From: Phoronis australis
Lineage: Eukaryota; Animalia; Phoronida
Assembly: GCA_002633005.1 (NCBI GenBank)
Contig: NMRA01000248.1
Coordinates: forward strand, 241,026-305,025
Direction: 5' to 3'
DNA: 64,000 nt
Shown here: positions 38,030 to 50,604 of the stretch, one piece after another
Numbering within the stretch: position 1 is the stretch's first letter
Layout: each line of letters starts with the position of its first letter
Notes under the pieces: model-generated
The model's input: the letters and a program-made list of their open reading frames with translations, nothing else
The model's database searches: none
What the model was told of the DNA's origin: nothing
Translations under genes and position numbers: made by a program

Positions 38030-41000
38030 GAGATCTGGGTTGTCAAATGTTTTCTTGGACTTTCTTTCCTATTATTATTCGCTGTTTTTCTTTTCTCGTC
38101 TGTCCCCGACCCCAAGTCTATGTCTATAGCCACGGTTGAGCCTTGACCCCTGCAAAATTTTGGGGGGCATATGCCCCCGCACCTCAGCCGCCCCCCGCTT
38201 CCTACGGCCTTTTACTGAGAAAACAGTATACGGCGTGCTTTATGTGATGTAGGTATGTTTTGCAAGGGTTTTCATTTTGGCAGTTGTGGCCAGTTTTCAT
38301 TTTTGAAACTCATATAATGTCGCACCCCACCGATATATGAGACATGTAGCTATATAATGTGTTATGGGAATTAATTTAAACAGGAATTGTGAAACACATC
38401 TACTTACAGAATAATATCCGGCCTGAGTAATGTGGCGTGGGTTTTTGAAAGGGCTTTCATTCCAGCAGGTGTCGCCATTTGGCACAATTTTGACTGCCAT
38501 AAAATTTTGGCCTGACAGATATATGAGATATGAAGCTAATATGTCACGGGAATTCATTTCATCGCGAATTGTGGAAAATAGCTGCTCAGAGAACAGTATC
38601 ATGCGTGCTTTAAGTAGCGCACATGCAGGTAATTTGAAAAAGAATTTCACTGTAGGAGGTGTAGCCACTTGGTACAGTTTTGACTGCCGTACAATTTCGT
38701 CTCCACCAATATATGAGACATGTAGCTAATGTATCAAAGGAACTCATTTAATCAGGAATTGTCAAATATGGCCACTGACCCAGGCTCGTCAAGTTAAGCC
38801 AGAAATTATTGGGGTGGGGGGAGCACAAATCAATTCGACTTAGGCAAATTACCCCACTCCTTAATCCTATCGCCTCCGCCTCCGTCCCCCAACCCCACCT
38901 CCATCCCCCAACCCCACCTCAGTCCCCCAACCCCATCTCCCCCACATTCTACGGATACCACCATACACCCTGTATGTGTACCGAACATATGCGTCCGCAA
39001 TTGGAGTGGGGGTGCTATCAAGTAGATGCAGCCATCAGGATTTGAGTAACCGGCGTGAACCAACAACGTTTCATGGGTAGCAGGAAGCTGTCTCAAAGAG
39101 CTGTACCTGATATTTATCAGAGTTAAAGTACGAAATTTCATGAATTAAAGCTATTCGCTGGTCACCTCAGTTTGAGACGGGTAGCTTATCTCGTACATGT
39201 CAAGCGGTTTTCTTAAATATTCTTTCTTATCCTTATTAGCAGTTTTACTTTACTCGGTTGTCCTCTACCCCACGTCTATGTCTGTAGCCACGGGTTAACC
39301 CTGACCCCTAAAGAAAATTTGAGAGTCATATGCCCCCAGCCGTCCCCCCCGCTTCCCACGGACCTGTACTCAGAGAACAGTATCCTGCATGGGTTATTTG
39401 ACGTAGGTAAGATTTGCAGGAGGTGTGGCCATTTGGCACAGTTTTGATTGTCATACAATTTGGCCTCACGATATATGAGACATGTAGCTAATGTGCCATG
39501 GTAATTCTTTTAATTATGATTTGTGAAACATAGCTACTCAGAAAAAAGTATCATGCGTGCTTTAAGTAGCGTACATATAGGAATTTGAAAAAGTCTTTCA
39601 TTGCAGGAGGTGTAGCCATTTGGCACAGTTTTGACTGTCATACAATTTCGGCCTCACTGATATATGAGATATGTAGCTAATGGGAATTCATTTAATCAGA
39701 AATTGTGGAAAATAGCTGCTCAGAGAACAGTATCATGCGTACTTTAAGTAGTGCACATGCAGGTAATTTGAAAAAGAATTTCATTGTAGGAGGTGTAGCC
39801 ACTTGGCACGGTTTTGACTGCCGTACAATTTCTTTTCCACCGTTATGTGAGACATGTAGCTAATGTATCAGAGGAACTCATTTAATCAGAAATCGTCAAA
39901 TATGGCCACTGACCCAGGCTCGTCAAGTTAAGCCAAAAATTATTGGGGTGGGGGGAGCACAAATCAATTCGACTTAGGCAAATTTCCCTCCCCCTTCATC
40001 CTATCGCCTCCACCTCCGCCACCCAATCGCACTTCCCCCACATTCTCCGGATACCGCCCTATGTGTACCGAACATATGCGTCCGCCATTGGAGTGGGGTG
40101 CTATCCCGTAGATGCAGCCATCAGGATTTGAGTAACCGGCGTGAACCAACAACGTTTCATGGGTAGCAGGAAGCTGTCTCAAATAGCTGTACCTGATATT
40201 TATCAGAGTTAAAATACGAAATTCCATGAATTAAAGCTATAATTGCTGGTCACCTCAGTTTGAGACGGGTAGCTTATCTCGTACATGTCAAACGGTTTTC
40301 TTGAATATTCTTTCTTATCCTTTATTAGCAGTTTTTCTTTACTCGGCTGTCCTCGACCCCACGTCTAGGTCTGTTGCCACGGTTTAAACCTGACCCCTAA
40401 AAAAATTTGAGAGTCATGTGCCCCCAGCCCTCCCCCCGCTTCCTACGGACCTGTACTCAGAGGACAGTATCCGGCATGGGTTATTTGACGTAGGTAAGAT
40501 TTGCAGGTGTGGCCATTTGGCACAGTTTTGACTGCCATACAATTTGGCTTCACGATATATGAGACATGTAGCTAATGTGCCATGGGAATTCTTTTATCAT
40601 GAATTGTGAAATATAGCTACTCAGAAAAAAGTATCATGCGTGCTTGAAGTAGCGTACATATAAGTAATTCGAAAAAGTCTTTCATTGCAGGGGGTGTAGC
40701 CACTTGGCACAGTTTTGACTGTCATACAATTTCGGCCTCACTGATATATGAGACATGTAGCTAATGGGAATTCATTTAATCAGGAATTGTGGAAAATAGC
40801 AGCTCAGAGAAGAGTATAAAACGTGCTTTAAACAGCGCACATGCAGGTAATTTGAAAAAGAATTTCATTGTAGGAGGTGTAGCCACTTTGCACAGTTTTG
40901 ATTGCCGTACAATTTCGTCTCCACCAATATATGAGACATGTAGCTAATGTATCAAAGGAACTCATTTAATCAGGAATTGTCAAATATGGCCACTGACCCA

Positions 41001-44000
41001 GGCTCGTCAAGTTAAGCCCAATATTTTTGGGGTGGGGGGAGCACAAATCAATTCGACTTAGGCAAATTACCCTACCCCTTCATCCTATCGCCTCCACCTC
41101 CGCCCCCGAATCCCACTTCCCCCACATTCTCCGGATACCGCCATATGTGTACCGAACATATTCGTCCGCCATTGGGTGGGGTGCTATCCCGTAGATGAAG
41201 CCATCAGGATTTGAGTAACCGGCGTGAACCAACAACGTTTCATGGGTAGCAGGAAGCTGTCTCAAATAGCTGTACCTGATATTTATCAGTCAGATGTTAA
41301 AATACGAAATTCCATGAATTAAAGCTATTTGCTGGTCACCTTAGTTTGAGACGGGTAGCTTATCTCGTACATGTCAAACGGTTTTCTTGAATATTCTTTC
41401 TTATCCTTTATTAGCAGTTTTTCTTTACTCGGCTGTCCTCGACCCCACGTCTAGGTCTGTTGCCACGGTTTAACCCTGACCCCTAAGAAAATTTGAGAGT
41501 CATAAGCCCCCAGCCCTCCACCCGCTTCCTACGGACCTGTACTCAGAGGACAGTATGGCGGCATGGGTTATTTGACGTAAGTAAGATTTGCAGGTGTGGC
41601 CATTTGGCACAGTTTTGACTGCCATACAAGTTGGCCTCACGATATATGAGACATGTAGCTAATGTGCCATGGGAATTCTTTTATCATGAATTGTGAAATA
41701 TAGCTACTCAGAAAAAAGTATCATGCGTGCTTTAATTAGCGTACATATAGGTAATTTGAAAAAGTCTTTCATTGCAGGAGGTGTAGCCATTTGGCACAGT
41801 TTTGACTGTCATACAATTTCGGCCACACTGATATATGAGATATGTAGCTAATGGAAATTCATTTAATCAGGAATTGTGGAAAATAGCTGCTCAGAGGACA
41901 GTATCATGCGTGCTTTAAGTAGCGCACATCAGAGGAACTCATTTAATCAGAAATTGTCAAATATGGCCACTGACCCAGGCTCTTCAAGTTAAGCCAAAAA
42001 TTATTGGGGTGGGGGGAGCACAAATCAATTCGACTTAGGCAAATTACCCTCCCCCATCATCCTATCGCCTCCACCTCTGCCTCCCAATCGCACCTCCCCC
42101 ACATTCTCCGGATACCGCCATATGTGTACCGAACATGTGCGTCCGCAATTGGAGTGGGGGTGCTATCCCGTAGATGCAGCCATCAGGATTTGAATAACCG
42201 GCGTGAACCAACAACATTTCATGGGTAGCAGGAAGCTGTCTCAAATAGCTGTACCTGATATTCATCAGAGTTAAATACGAAATTCCATGAATTAAAGCTA
42301 TTTGCTGGTCACCTCAGTTTGAGACGGGTAGCTTATCTCGTACATGTCAAACGGTTTTCTTGAATATTTTTTCTTATCCTTACTAGCAGTTTTTCTTTTC
42401 TCGGTTGTCCTCGACCCCACGTCTATGTCTGTTGCCACGGTTTAACCCTGACCCCTAAAAAAATTTGGAAGTCATATGCCCCCAGCCTCCCCCCCCGCTT
42501 CCTACGGACCTGTACTCAGAGGACAGTATCCGGCATGGGTTATTTGACGTAGGTAAGATTTGCAGGTGTGGCCATTTGGCACAGTTTTGACTGCCATACA
42601 ATTTGGCCTCACGATATATGAGACATGTAGCTAATGTGCCATGGGAATTCTTTTAATCATGAATTGTGAAATATAGCTACTCAGATAAAAGTATCATGCG
42701 TGCTTTAAGTAGCGTACAAATAGGTAATTTGAATAAGTCTTTCGTTGCAGGAGGTTTAGCCATTTGGCACAGTTTTGACTGTCATACAATTTCGGCCTTA
42801 CTGATATATGAGATATGTAGCTAATGGGAATTCATTTAATCAGGAATTGTGGAAAATAACTACTCAGAGAACAGTATCCGGCGCGCTTTAAGAGGCGTAC
42901 GCTTAGGTAATTTGAAAAAGGCCTTCATTGCAGGACAGGGGCCATTTGGCACAGTTTTGACTGTCATACAATTTCGGCCCACCGATATAGGAGACCTGTA
43001 GCTAATGGGAACTCATTTAATCAGGAATTGTGGAAAATATCTACTCAGAGAACAGTATCATCCGTGCTTTAAGTACCGTACATGTGGGTAATTTGAAAAA
43101 GGATTTCATTGCAGGAGGTGTAGCCATTTGGAACAGTTTTGACTGTCATACAATATAGGCCTCACCGATATATGAGATATGTAGCTAATGGGAATTCATT
43201 TAATCAGGAATTGTGGAAAATAGCTGCTCAGAGAACAGTATCATGAGTGCTTGAAGTAGCGTTCTTGTAGCTATTTTGAAAAAATCTTTCATTGCAGGGG
43301 GTGTAGCCATTTGGCACAGTTTTGACTGTCATAAAATATCGGCCTCACTGATATATGAGACATGTAGCTAATGGGAATTCATTTAATCTTGAGAAATAGT
43401 GGAAAATAGCTGCTCATAGAACAGTATCATGCGTGCTTTAAGTAGCGTACATGTAGGTAATTTGAAAAAGGCTTTCTTTGCAGGAGCTGTAGCCATTTGG
43501 CACAGATATGTAGCTAATGGGAATTCATTTAATCAGGAATTGTGGAAAATAGCTACTCAGAGAACAGAATCATGCGTGCTTTAAGTAGCGTACATGTAGG
43601 TAATTTGAAAAAAGCTTTCATTGCAGGAGATGTAGCCATTTGGCACAGTTTAGACTGTCATACAATTTATGTGTCTCTAATATATGAGATATGTAGCTAA
43701 TGTGTCGTGGCATCTTTAATCAAGAATTGTCAAACGTAGCTACTCAGAGAACAGCATCCGGCCCGCTCTAAGAGGCGTACGCGTAGGTAATTTGAAAAAG
43801 GCTTTCATTGCAGGACAGGGGGCCATTTGTCACAGTTTGGACTGTCATACAATTTCGGCCCATCGATATATGAGACATGTAGGTAATGGGAATTCATTTA
43901 ATCAGGAATTGTGGAAAATAGCTACTCAGAGAACAGTATCATGCGTGCTTTAAATACCGTACATGTAGGTAATTTGAAAAAGGATTTCATTTCAGGAGGT

Positions 44001-45250
44001 GTAGCCATATGGAACAGTTTTGACTGTTATACAATATAGGCCTCACCGATATATGAGATACGTAGCTAATGGGAATTCATTTAATCAGGAATTGTTGAAA
44101 ACAGCTGCTCAGAGAACAGTATCATACGTGTTTGAAGTACCGTTCTTGTAGCTATTTTGAAAAAAGCTTTCACTGCAGGAGGTGTAGCCATTTGGCACAG
44201 TTTTGACTGTCATAGAATATCGGCCTCACTGATATATGAGATTTGTAGCTAATGTGTCATGTGATTTTTTAATCAGGATTTGTCAAACATAGCTACCCAG
44301 AGAACAGTATCCGGCCGTGCTTTAAGTTGCGTACATGTTGGTAATTTGTAAAAGGCTTTCATTGCAGGACATGTTGCCATTTGGCACAGTTTTGACTGTC
44401 ATACAATTTCTTCTCCATCAATATGTGAGACATGTAGCTAATATATCAAAGGAACTCATTTAATCAGGAATTGTCAAATATGGCCGCTGATCCAGGCTCG
44501 TATTAAGCTAAAAATTATTGGGGTGGGGGGAAGGAGCTCAAACCAATTCGACTGAGGCAAACTACCCTCCCCCTTCATTGTATCGCTTCAGCCTCCGCCC
44601 CCAACCCCACCTCCCCCACATTCTCCATATACTGCCATATGTTTACCGATTATATACGTCCGCCGTAGGAGTGGGGGTGCTATCCCGTAGATGCAGCCAT
44701 CAGGATTTGAATAACCGGCGTGAACCAACAACCTTTCATGGGTAGCAGGAAGCTGTCTCAAGTAGCTGTACCTGATATTTATCTGTGTGAAAATACTAAA
44801 TTCCATGAATTAAAGCTAGTCGCTGGTCACCTCAGCTTGAGACGGATAGCTTATCTCGTACATGTCAAACGGTTTTCTTGAATTTTCTTTTTATCCTTAT
44901 TCGCAGTTTTCTTTTCTTGGCTGTTCTCGACCCAACTTCTATGTCTGTAGCCACGGTGTAACCCTGACCCCTAAAACTTTTGAGAGGCATATGCCCCCAG
45001 CCCTCCCCACCCGCTTCCTACGACCCTGTACTCAGAGAACAGTATCCGGCATCGGTTATTTGACGTAGGAGGTGTGGCACAGTTTTGACTGCCTCTCCGA
45101 TATATGAGACATGTAGCTAATGTGTCATGGGAATTCTTTCAATCATGAATTGTGAAACATAGCTACTCAGAAAACAGTATCCGGTGTGCTTTCAGTGGGT
45201 ATGACATGGCTGCAGATAATTTTGAAAGGGCTTTGCATGCCAGCCGGTGA
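38030..45250 (+). repeat. Composite satellite: ~180-bp monomers in ~1.1-kb higher-order units containing a ~590-bp insert
   Basis: The marker ATGGCC(A/G)CTGA(C/T)CCAGGCTC occurs at 38768, 39902, 40986, 41963 and 44480 (spacings 1134, 1084, 977, 2517). A pure monomer run spans ~42510-44480. Confidence 0.93.
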
Positions 45251-46011
45251 GACTTAGTCCTGGAGTCTCGTTTGGACACAACAAGTCATGAAATGCCTGC
45301 GTATAAACGAGTTTTAGCCGGGGTGATCGGATTGCTTGCGTGCATGTGTCTCACTACACGTGAGCGTTGATCAAACATCCTCGTTTCTTACGGACTTCTC
45401 AATATTGTATATACTTCTCATCAGCAATGTATCATATACATGTACCCATTTTGTTATTCAAATTCATATTGTTTAGCATGGAACAAATAACCTTAGAAAA
45501 CAGTTCTCTTCATGCTATTATTTTTAATATGATGGTTTGCAATTCTCACCACCTAGGTGTTAGTAGCCACTTGGTTTTGGGGATTCATATAATCTAGAAC
45601 ATCGTCACAATTAAAGGTAACTCTCGGTAATTTTGAAAACCATTTGGCCATACTGATGAATTTAGATTTTTTTCTGAAACGAAGGTACATGTAGTTTTAA
45701 AGTGATCATTTATCCCCTTGTGTGCAGCAGCTAAAGCGGGCATGTTATAAAATTCCGACATTCCTTCCTTAATAAGGTGAATGCTTGTAAAAGTTTGCGC
45801 GTGTGCCCGATGGCACGGGTTTGCCTCTCTGTGCAATACTATTTCTGCAGATTTGTTGTAGATTGTCATACCCCCATGAGAACAACGCGAAATCGGGGAG
45901 ATGGCGCTCGGTCGTAGCATTTCGATTCTCTATGAATTTGGTCAGCATAAAACGCCAAAATGAAGCTTGATTATCGGAAAAAGTAACTCAAAACTTAGTG
46001 AGAGCTCTGTT

Positions 46012-48130
46012 GTTCGCTGAATGAAGAATCCTGCAGATTTTAGTCGTTTAAACGTGAGCCACCAGTATATAGGTGCATGAATGACTCGAGCCGTGCGTGC
46101 CAGCGTGCACATGTCTACACGCGCGCAGTGATCGACTTGATGAGCACTTTCATAAATTTAAAAGTTTTCTCTTTATCATGGACCCGTGTGTGTCATGTTT
46201 TACGGTTGATGGCCGTCTACACATGTCACTAGAGTCTATGATTAGCTGCCTCACGGACGCATTGGGTGGGGTAGCGGGCAGATGAGAGGATAAAAAACAT
46301 AATTTAATGTAGGAAAACACCATTGATGGAATACGCTAGTTGACAGTGGGACCTGGGTATTTTTGTTTGAGGGGACCCTAGTTTTTTACCTTTGCCGTAC
46401 GTTCCGCGCACAACACATTTGACCTTGAAGGTGTACTTTACATTTTAAAATGCTCTTTTTTATCGGATGGGTTCCTGGCAGGAACTGAGAAGCACTCACT
46501 TTAATTGCGGTCGCCGCTCATTTCCTGTTTTTGAAATCCAAATTTCAACTGAAATCCAATACCCCTTTCCGTATTGGCGAAATCCATATTCACAATGCAC
46601 AAGCGCCCAACAGGCTCATGCCAGCACAGAACTGCACTCTTGACCTTCCTGCTACACTAGTTCTAGCAGGGAAAATCCTTCCTGCATTTTTATTTAAACC
46701 CTTTTATGAAAAAGTGCTCAGTATCCGAGTCTGGGAACTGCCCGGTGATGCCGCAGTCATGCCAGCATAGACTATAGATAACGAGTAGCCCTGCGCATGC
46801 CATCCGAGTCTAACTGTCAGTTAGTTTTAGTAATTTAACTGAAGGTGCTCACTGTCTCGAGCGCTTAGAAATATTCTCGCACAGCAGTGGCATCCCATGC
46901 AGTTAAGGCGTATTGGGCCTTGATATTCCTTAACTGAATTCAGAATGCTCATTGAATTGGAAAATACTTTGACTTAACCCGGTCTACAGTTACAATCTCC
47001 TACTCAGTTTATGCTGAGCCATAAAACCAGTGGACTTACAGAGTATGGTTTTAGTAGGGATCCATTGCGAAGAAGACCTCGTCAGCATTGGTCATGACTC
47101 ACTTAATATTGATTTATGCATGGTGCCTTTNGTTCGCTGAATGAAGAATCCTGCAGATTTTAGTCGTTTAAACGTGAGCCACCAGTATATAGGTGCATGA
47201 ATGACTCGGGCCGTGCGTGCCAGCGTGCACATGTCTACACGCGCGCAGTGATCGACTTGATGAGCACTTTCATAAACTTAAAAGTTTTCTCTTTATCATG
47301 CACCCATGTGTGTCATGTTTTTCAGTTGATGGCCGTCTACACATGTCACTAGTATCTGATTACCTGCCTCACCGATGCATTGGGTGGGGGTAGCGTGCAG
47401 ATGAGAGGATACAAAACATACAAACATGTTTAATATAGAAAAGCACTATTGATGGAATACCCTAGTTGACTGTGGGACTTGGGTATTTTTGTTTGAGGGG
47501 ACCCTAGTTTTTTTACCTTTGCCATCCCGCGCACAACACATTTGACCTTGAATGTGTATTTTACAATTTAAAATGCTCTTTTTTATCGGATGGGTTCCTG
47601 GCAGGCACTGAGAGCTCAGATAGACTATAGATATATCTGAGCTGAGAGGCACTCATTTTGTGGTCGCCGCTCCTTTCCTGTTTTTGAAATCCAAATTTCA
47701 ACTGAAATCCAATACCCCTTTCCGTATTGGCGAAATCCATATTCACAATGCACAAGCCGCCAACAGGCTCATGCGAGCACAGAACTGCACTCTTGACCTT
47801 CCTGCTACACTAGTTCTAGCCGGGAAAAATCCTTCCTGCATTTTTATTTAAACCTTTTATGAAAAAGTGTTCAGTCTCTGAGTCTGGGAACTGCCCGGTG
47901 ATGCCGGAGTCATGCCAGCATAGACTATAGATAACGAGTAGCCCTGCGCATGCCATCCAAGTCTAACTGTCAGTGAGTTTTAGTAATTTAACTGAAGGTG
48001 CTCACTGTCTCGAGCGCTTAGAAAGATTCTCGCACAGCAGTGGCATCCCATGCAGTTAAGGAGTATTGGGCCTTGATATTCCTTTACTGGATTCAGAATG
48101 CTCATTAATTGGAAAATACTTTGACTTTAT
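46012..48130 (+). repeat. ~1-kb direct duplication across n47131 (two alleles)
   Basis: GTTCGCTGAATGAAGAATCCTGCAG starts at 46012 and 47132, and the copies are collinear to GGAAAATACTTTGACTT. The second copy resumes at ~50607. Confidence 0.9.
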
Positions 48131-48133
48131 ATA

Positions 48134-50604
48134 CCCGGGTGAGAATTTGACACGTTTGACACGCTCTAAAAACGTGGAGTATTGGAACGCTCTAAAAACG
48201 TGTCGAACGTGTAAAACGTGGCGTGTCAAACGTGTAAAATGTAGCGTGTCAAACGTGTCAAGAACGTGTCAAAAACGTTCCAATACTCCACGTTTGACAC
48301 GCTTAGCGTGTCAAACGTGGCGATAAGCGTGTAAAACATGGCGATAAGCGTGTAAAACGTGGCGATGGCGTGTCGAATGTGGCGTGCAAAAACGTGGCAC
48401 TTTTGTTACGCCAGCATGTCGAACGTGGCGATAAGCGTGTAAAACGTGGCGATAGCGTGTCGAATGTGGCGTGCAAAAACGTGGCACTTTTGTTACGCCA
48501 GCATGTCGAACGTGGCGATAAGCGTGTAAAACGTGGCGATAGCGTGTCGAATGTGGCGTGCAAAAACGTGGCACTTTTGTTACGCCAGCATGTCGAACGT
48601 GGCGATAAGCGTGTAAAACGTGGCGATAGCGTGTCGAANNNNNNNNNNNNNNNNNNNNNNNNNNNNNNNNNNNNNNNNNNNNNNNNNNNNNNNNNNNNNN
48701 NNNNNNNNNNNNNNNNNNNNNNNNNNNNNNNNNNNNNNNNNNNNNNNNNNNNNNNNNNNNNNNNNNNNNNNNNNNNNNNNNNNNNNNNNNNNNNNNNNNN
48801 NNNNNNNNNNNNNNNNNNNNNNNNNNNNNNNNNNNNNNNNNNNNNNNNNNNNNNNNNNNNNNNNNNNNNNNNNNNNNNNNNNNNNNNNNNNNNNNNNNNN
48901 NNNNNNNNNNNNNNNNNNNNNNNNNNNNNNNNNNNNNNNNNNNNNNNNNNNNNNNNNNNNNNNNNNNNNNNNNNNNNNNNNNNNNNNNNNNNNNNNNNNN
49001 NNNNNNNNNNNNNNNNNNNNNNNNNNNNNNNNNNNNNNNNNNNNNNNNNNNNNNNNNNNNNNNNNNNNNNNNNNNNNNNNNNNNNNNNNNNNNNNNNNNN
49101 NNNNNNNNNNNNNNNNNNNNNNNNNNNNNNNNNNNNNNNNNNNNNNNNNNNNNNNNNNNNNNNNNNNNNNNNNNNNNNNNNNNNNNNNNNNNNNNNNNNN
49201 NNNNNNNNNNNNNNNNNNNNNNNNNNNNNNNNNNNNNNNNNNNNNNNNNNNNNNNNNNNNNNNNNNNNNNNNNNNNNNNNNNNNNNNNNNNNNNNNNNNN
49301 NNNNNNNNNNNNNNNNNNNNNNNNNNNNNNNNNNNNNNNNNNNNNNNNTTCCGAGATGTGATCTGCGGCGTGCGCGTATGTGTACAAAACACGTGATTGT
49401 TATGTTCCTGAAGTACGAAAATTAAGAAGGCTTTAACATGCCGTTATTATTGACAGGGACACGATAAAACGAATTTGGATTTTGACTATAGTCTTGATAC
49501 AGCGATCTGACTGACCACTGCGTCAGTGTCTCCGTTAGACCCAGAAATTTCACACAGCCCGGGTAGTTCATTTCGTCCCCAACATGTAGATCGAGCCTTG
49601 GACTATTAATACTCCACGGCAGAGCTAACGACAGTCGGCCTGTGCACACAAAATCTGTGAGTTAACCAGCACTCACCTTGCACGTTACAGCCGTTTAAGT
49701 GAAAAACAATCTAGTAAACGCCATTTTCTTGCATAATCCTCCGCCTTTTGTAACAAAAAAGTGATTCAACATTTGTCATAACATTGAGTTCATGTTCATT
49801 TTGCAGCCCAAACCTCTAAACACAATGTCTTATCCTCATTCAAGCTGACACAAAATGTGAGTTGATCCAATAACAACAATATTATGAATTGATATACTAC
49901 TGAAGATGAGAGGCGTTCCAACTTCATATATTAACTGCATAGTCAACAGTTTCTACTGACTCTTGTTTTCTGTTACAAACAAACTTACCTGTAAAAAGAA
50001 GGACCATTTGCAAGAAAAGTTTATCAAGCCACTGTCAACCAGAGTATATACATACTAAACTTCTGTTAGAGCTGCACCACACTCGAAAACCATACTTCAT
50101 AAGTGCTCTCCTGTGACGACTGCACTCTCTGACAGCTAAACCAACTCTAACTCAGTATTTGGATATTTGAATAGGCAGTGAAAACTTTTGTTGCAAACTC
50201 TTTGTTATAAAGGGAACATGTTTAATCATTCAAATTGGGTGATTACGTCCCAGTGGCCTTTTCAGAACTGCCAAGCCTATTTAAATTGTATCTTTATTGA
50301 AGAGTTCTATCATATTTTACACCTTCGACACGCTTGCGTGTCAAAATTTTACACGTTTGACACGCTAGCGTGTAAAATTTTACACGTTTGACACCATAGC
50401 GTGTCACATTTTACACGTTTGATATGCTAGCGTGTCAAACTTTACACGTTTGACACGTTAACGTGGCAAACTTTACACGTTTGACACGCTAGCGTGTCAA
50501 ATTTTACACGTTTGACACGCTAGCGTGTTACACGTTTTACTCGTTAACGTGACAATTTTGACACGTATTACACGTTTTTTACATGTGTAAAATTCTCACC
50601 CCTG
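48134..50604. mobile_element. Foldback-like TIR element with modular subterminal arrays and TA target; absent from the neighbouring allele
   Basis: TA|CCCGGGTGAGAATTTGACAC ... GTGTAAAATTCTCACCCCTG|TA, with ACACGT/GCGTGTC-rich arrays inside both ends. The empty site GACTTAACCCGGTCTACAG is at 46971. Confidence 0.85.
48368..48638. repeat. 87-bp tandem repeat running into the N gap
   Basis: GCGTGTCGAA starts at 48368, 48455, 48542 and 48629. Confidence 0.93.

Noticed and set aside
39165-39205. Hammerhead ribozyme in the satellite unit (CGTACATGTCAA resembles CGAAACATGTCAA)
   Set aside because: There is no CUGANGA box and no GAAA.
38809-44806. Recurrent small ORFs (MGWGEHKS..., MEFRILT...) as a gene family
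   Set aside because: They are frameshifted between copies, lack consistent starts or splice signals, and lie inside the satellite insert.
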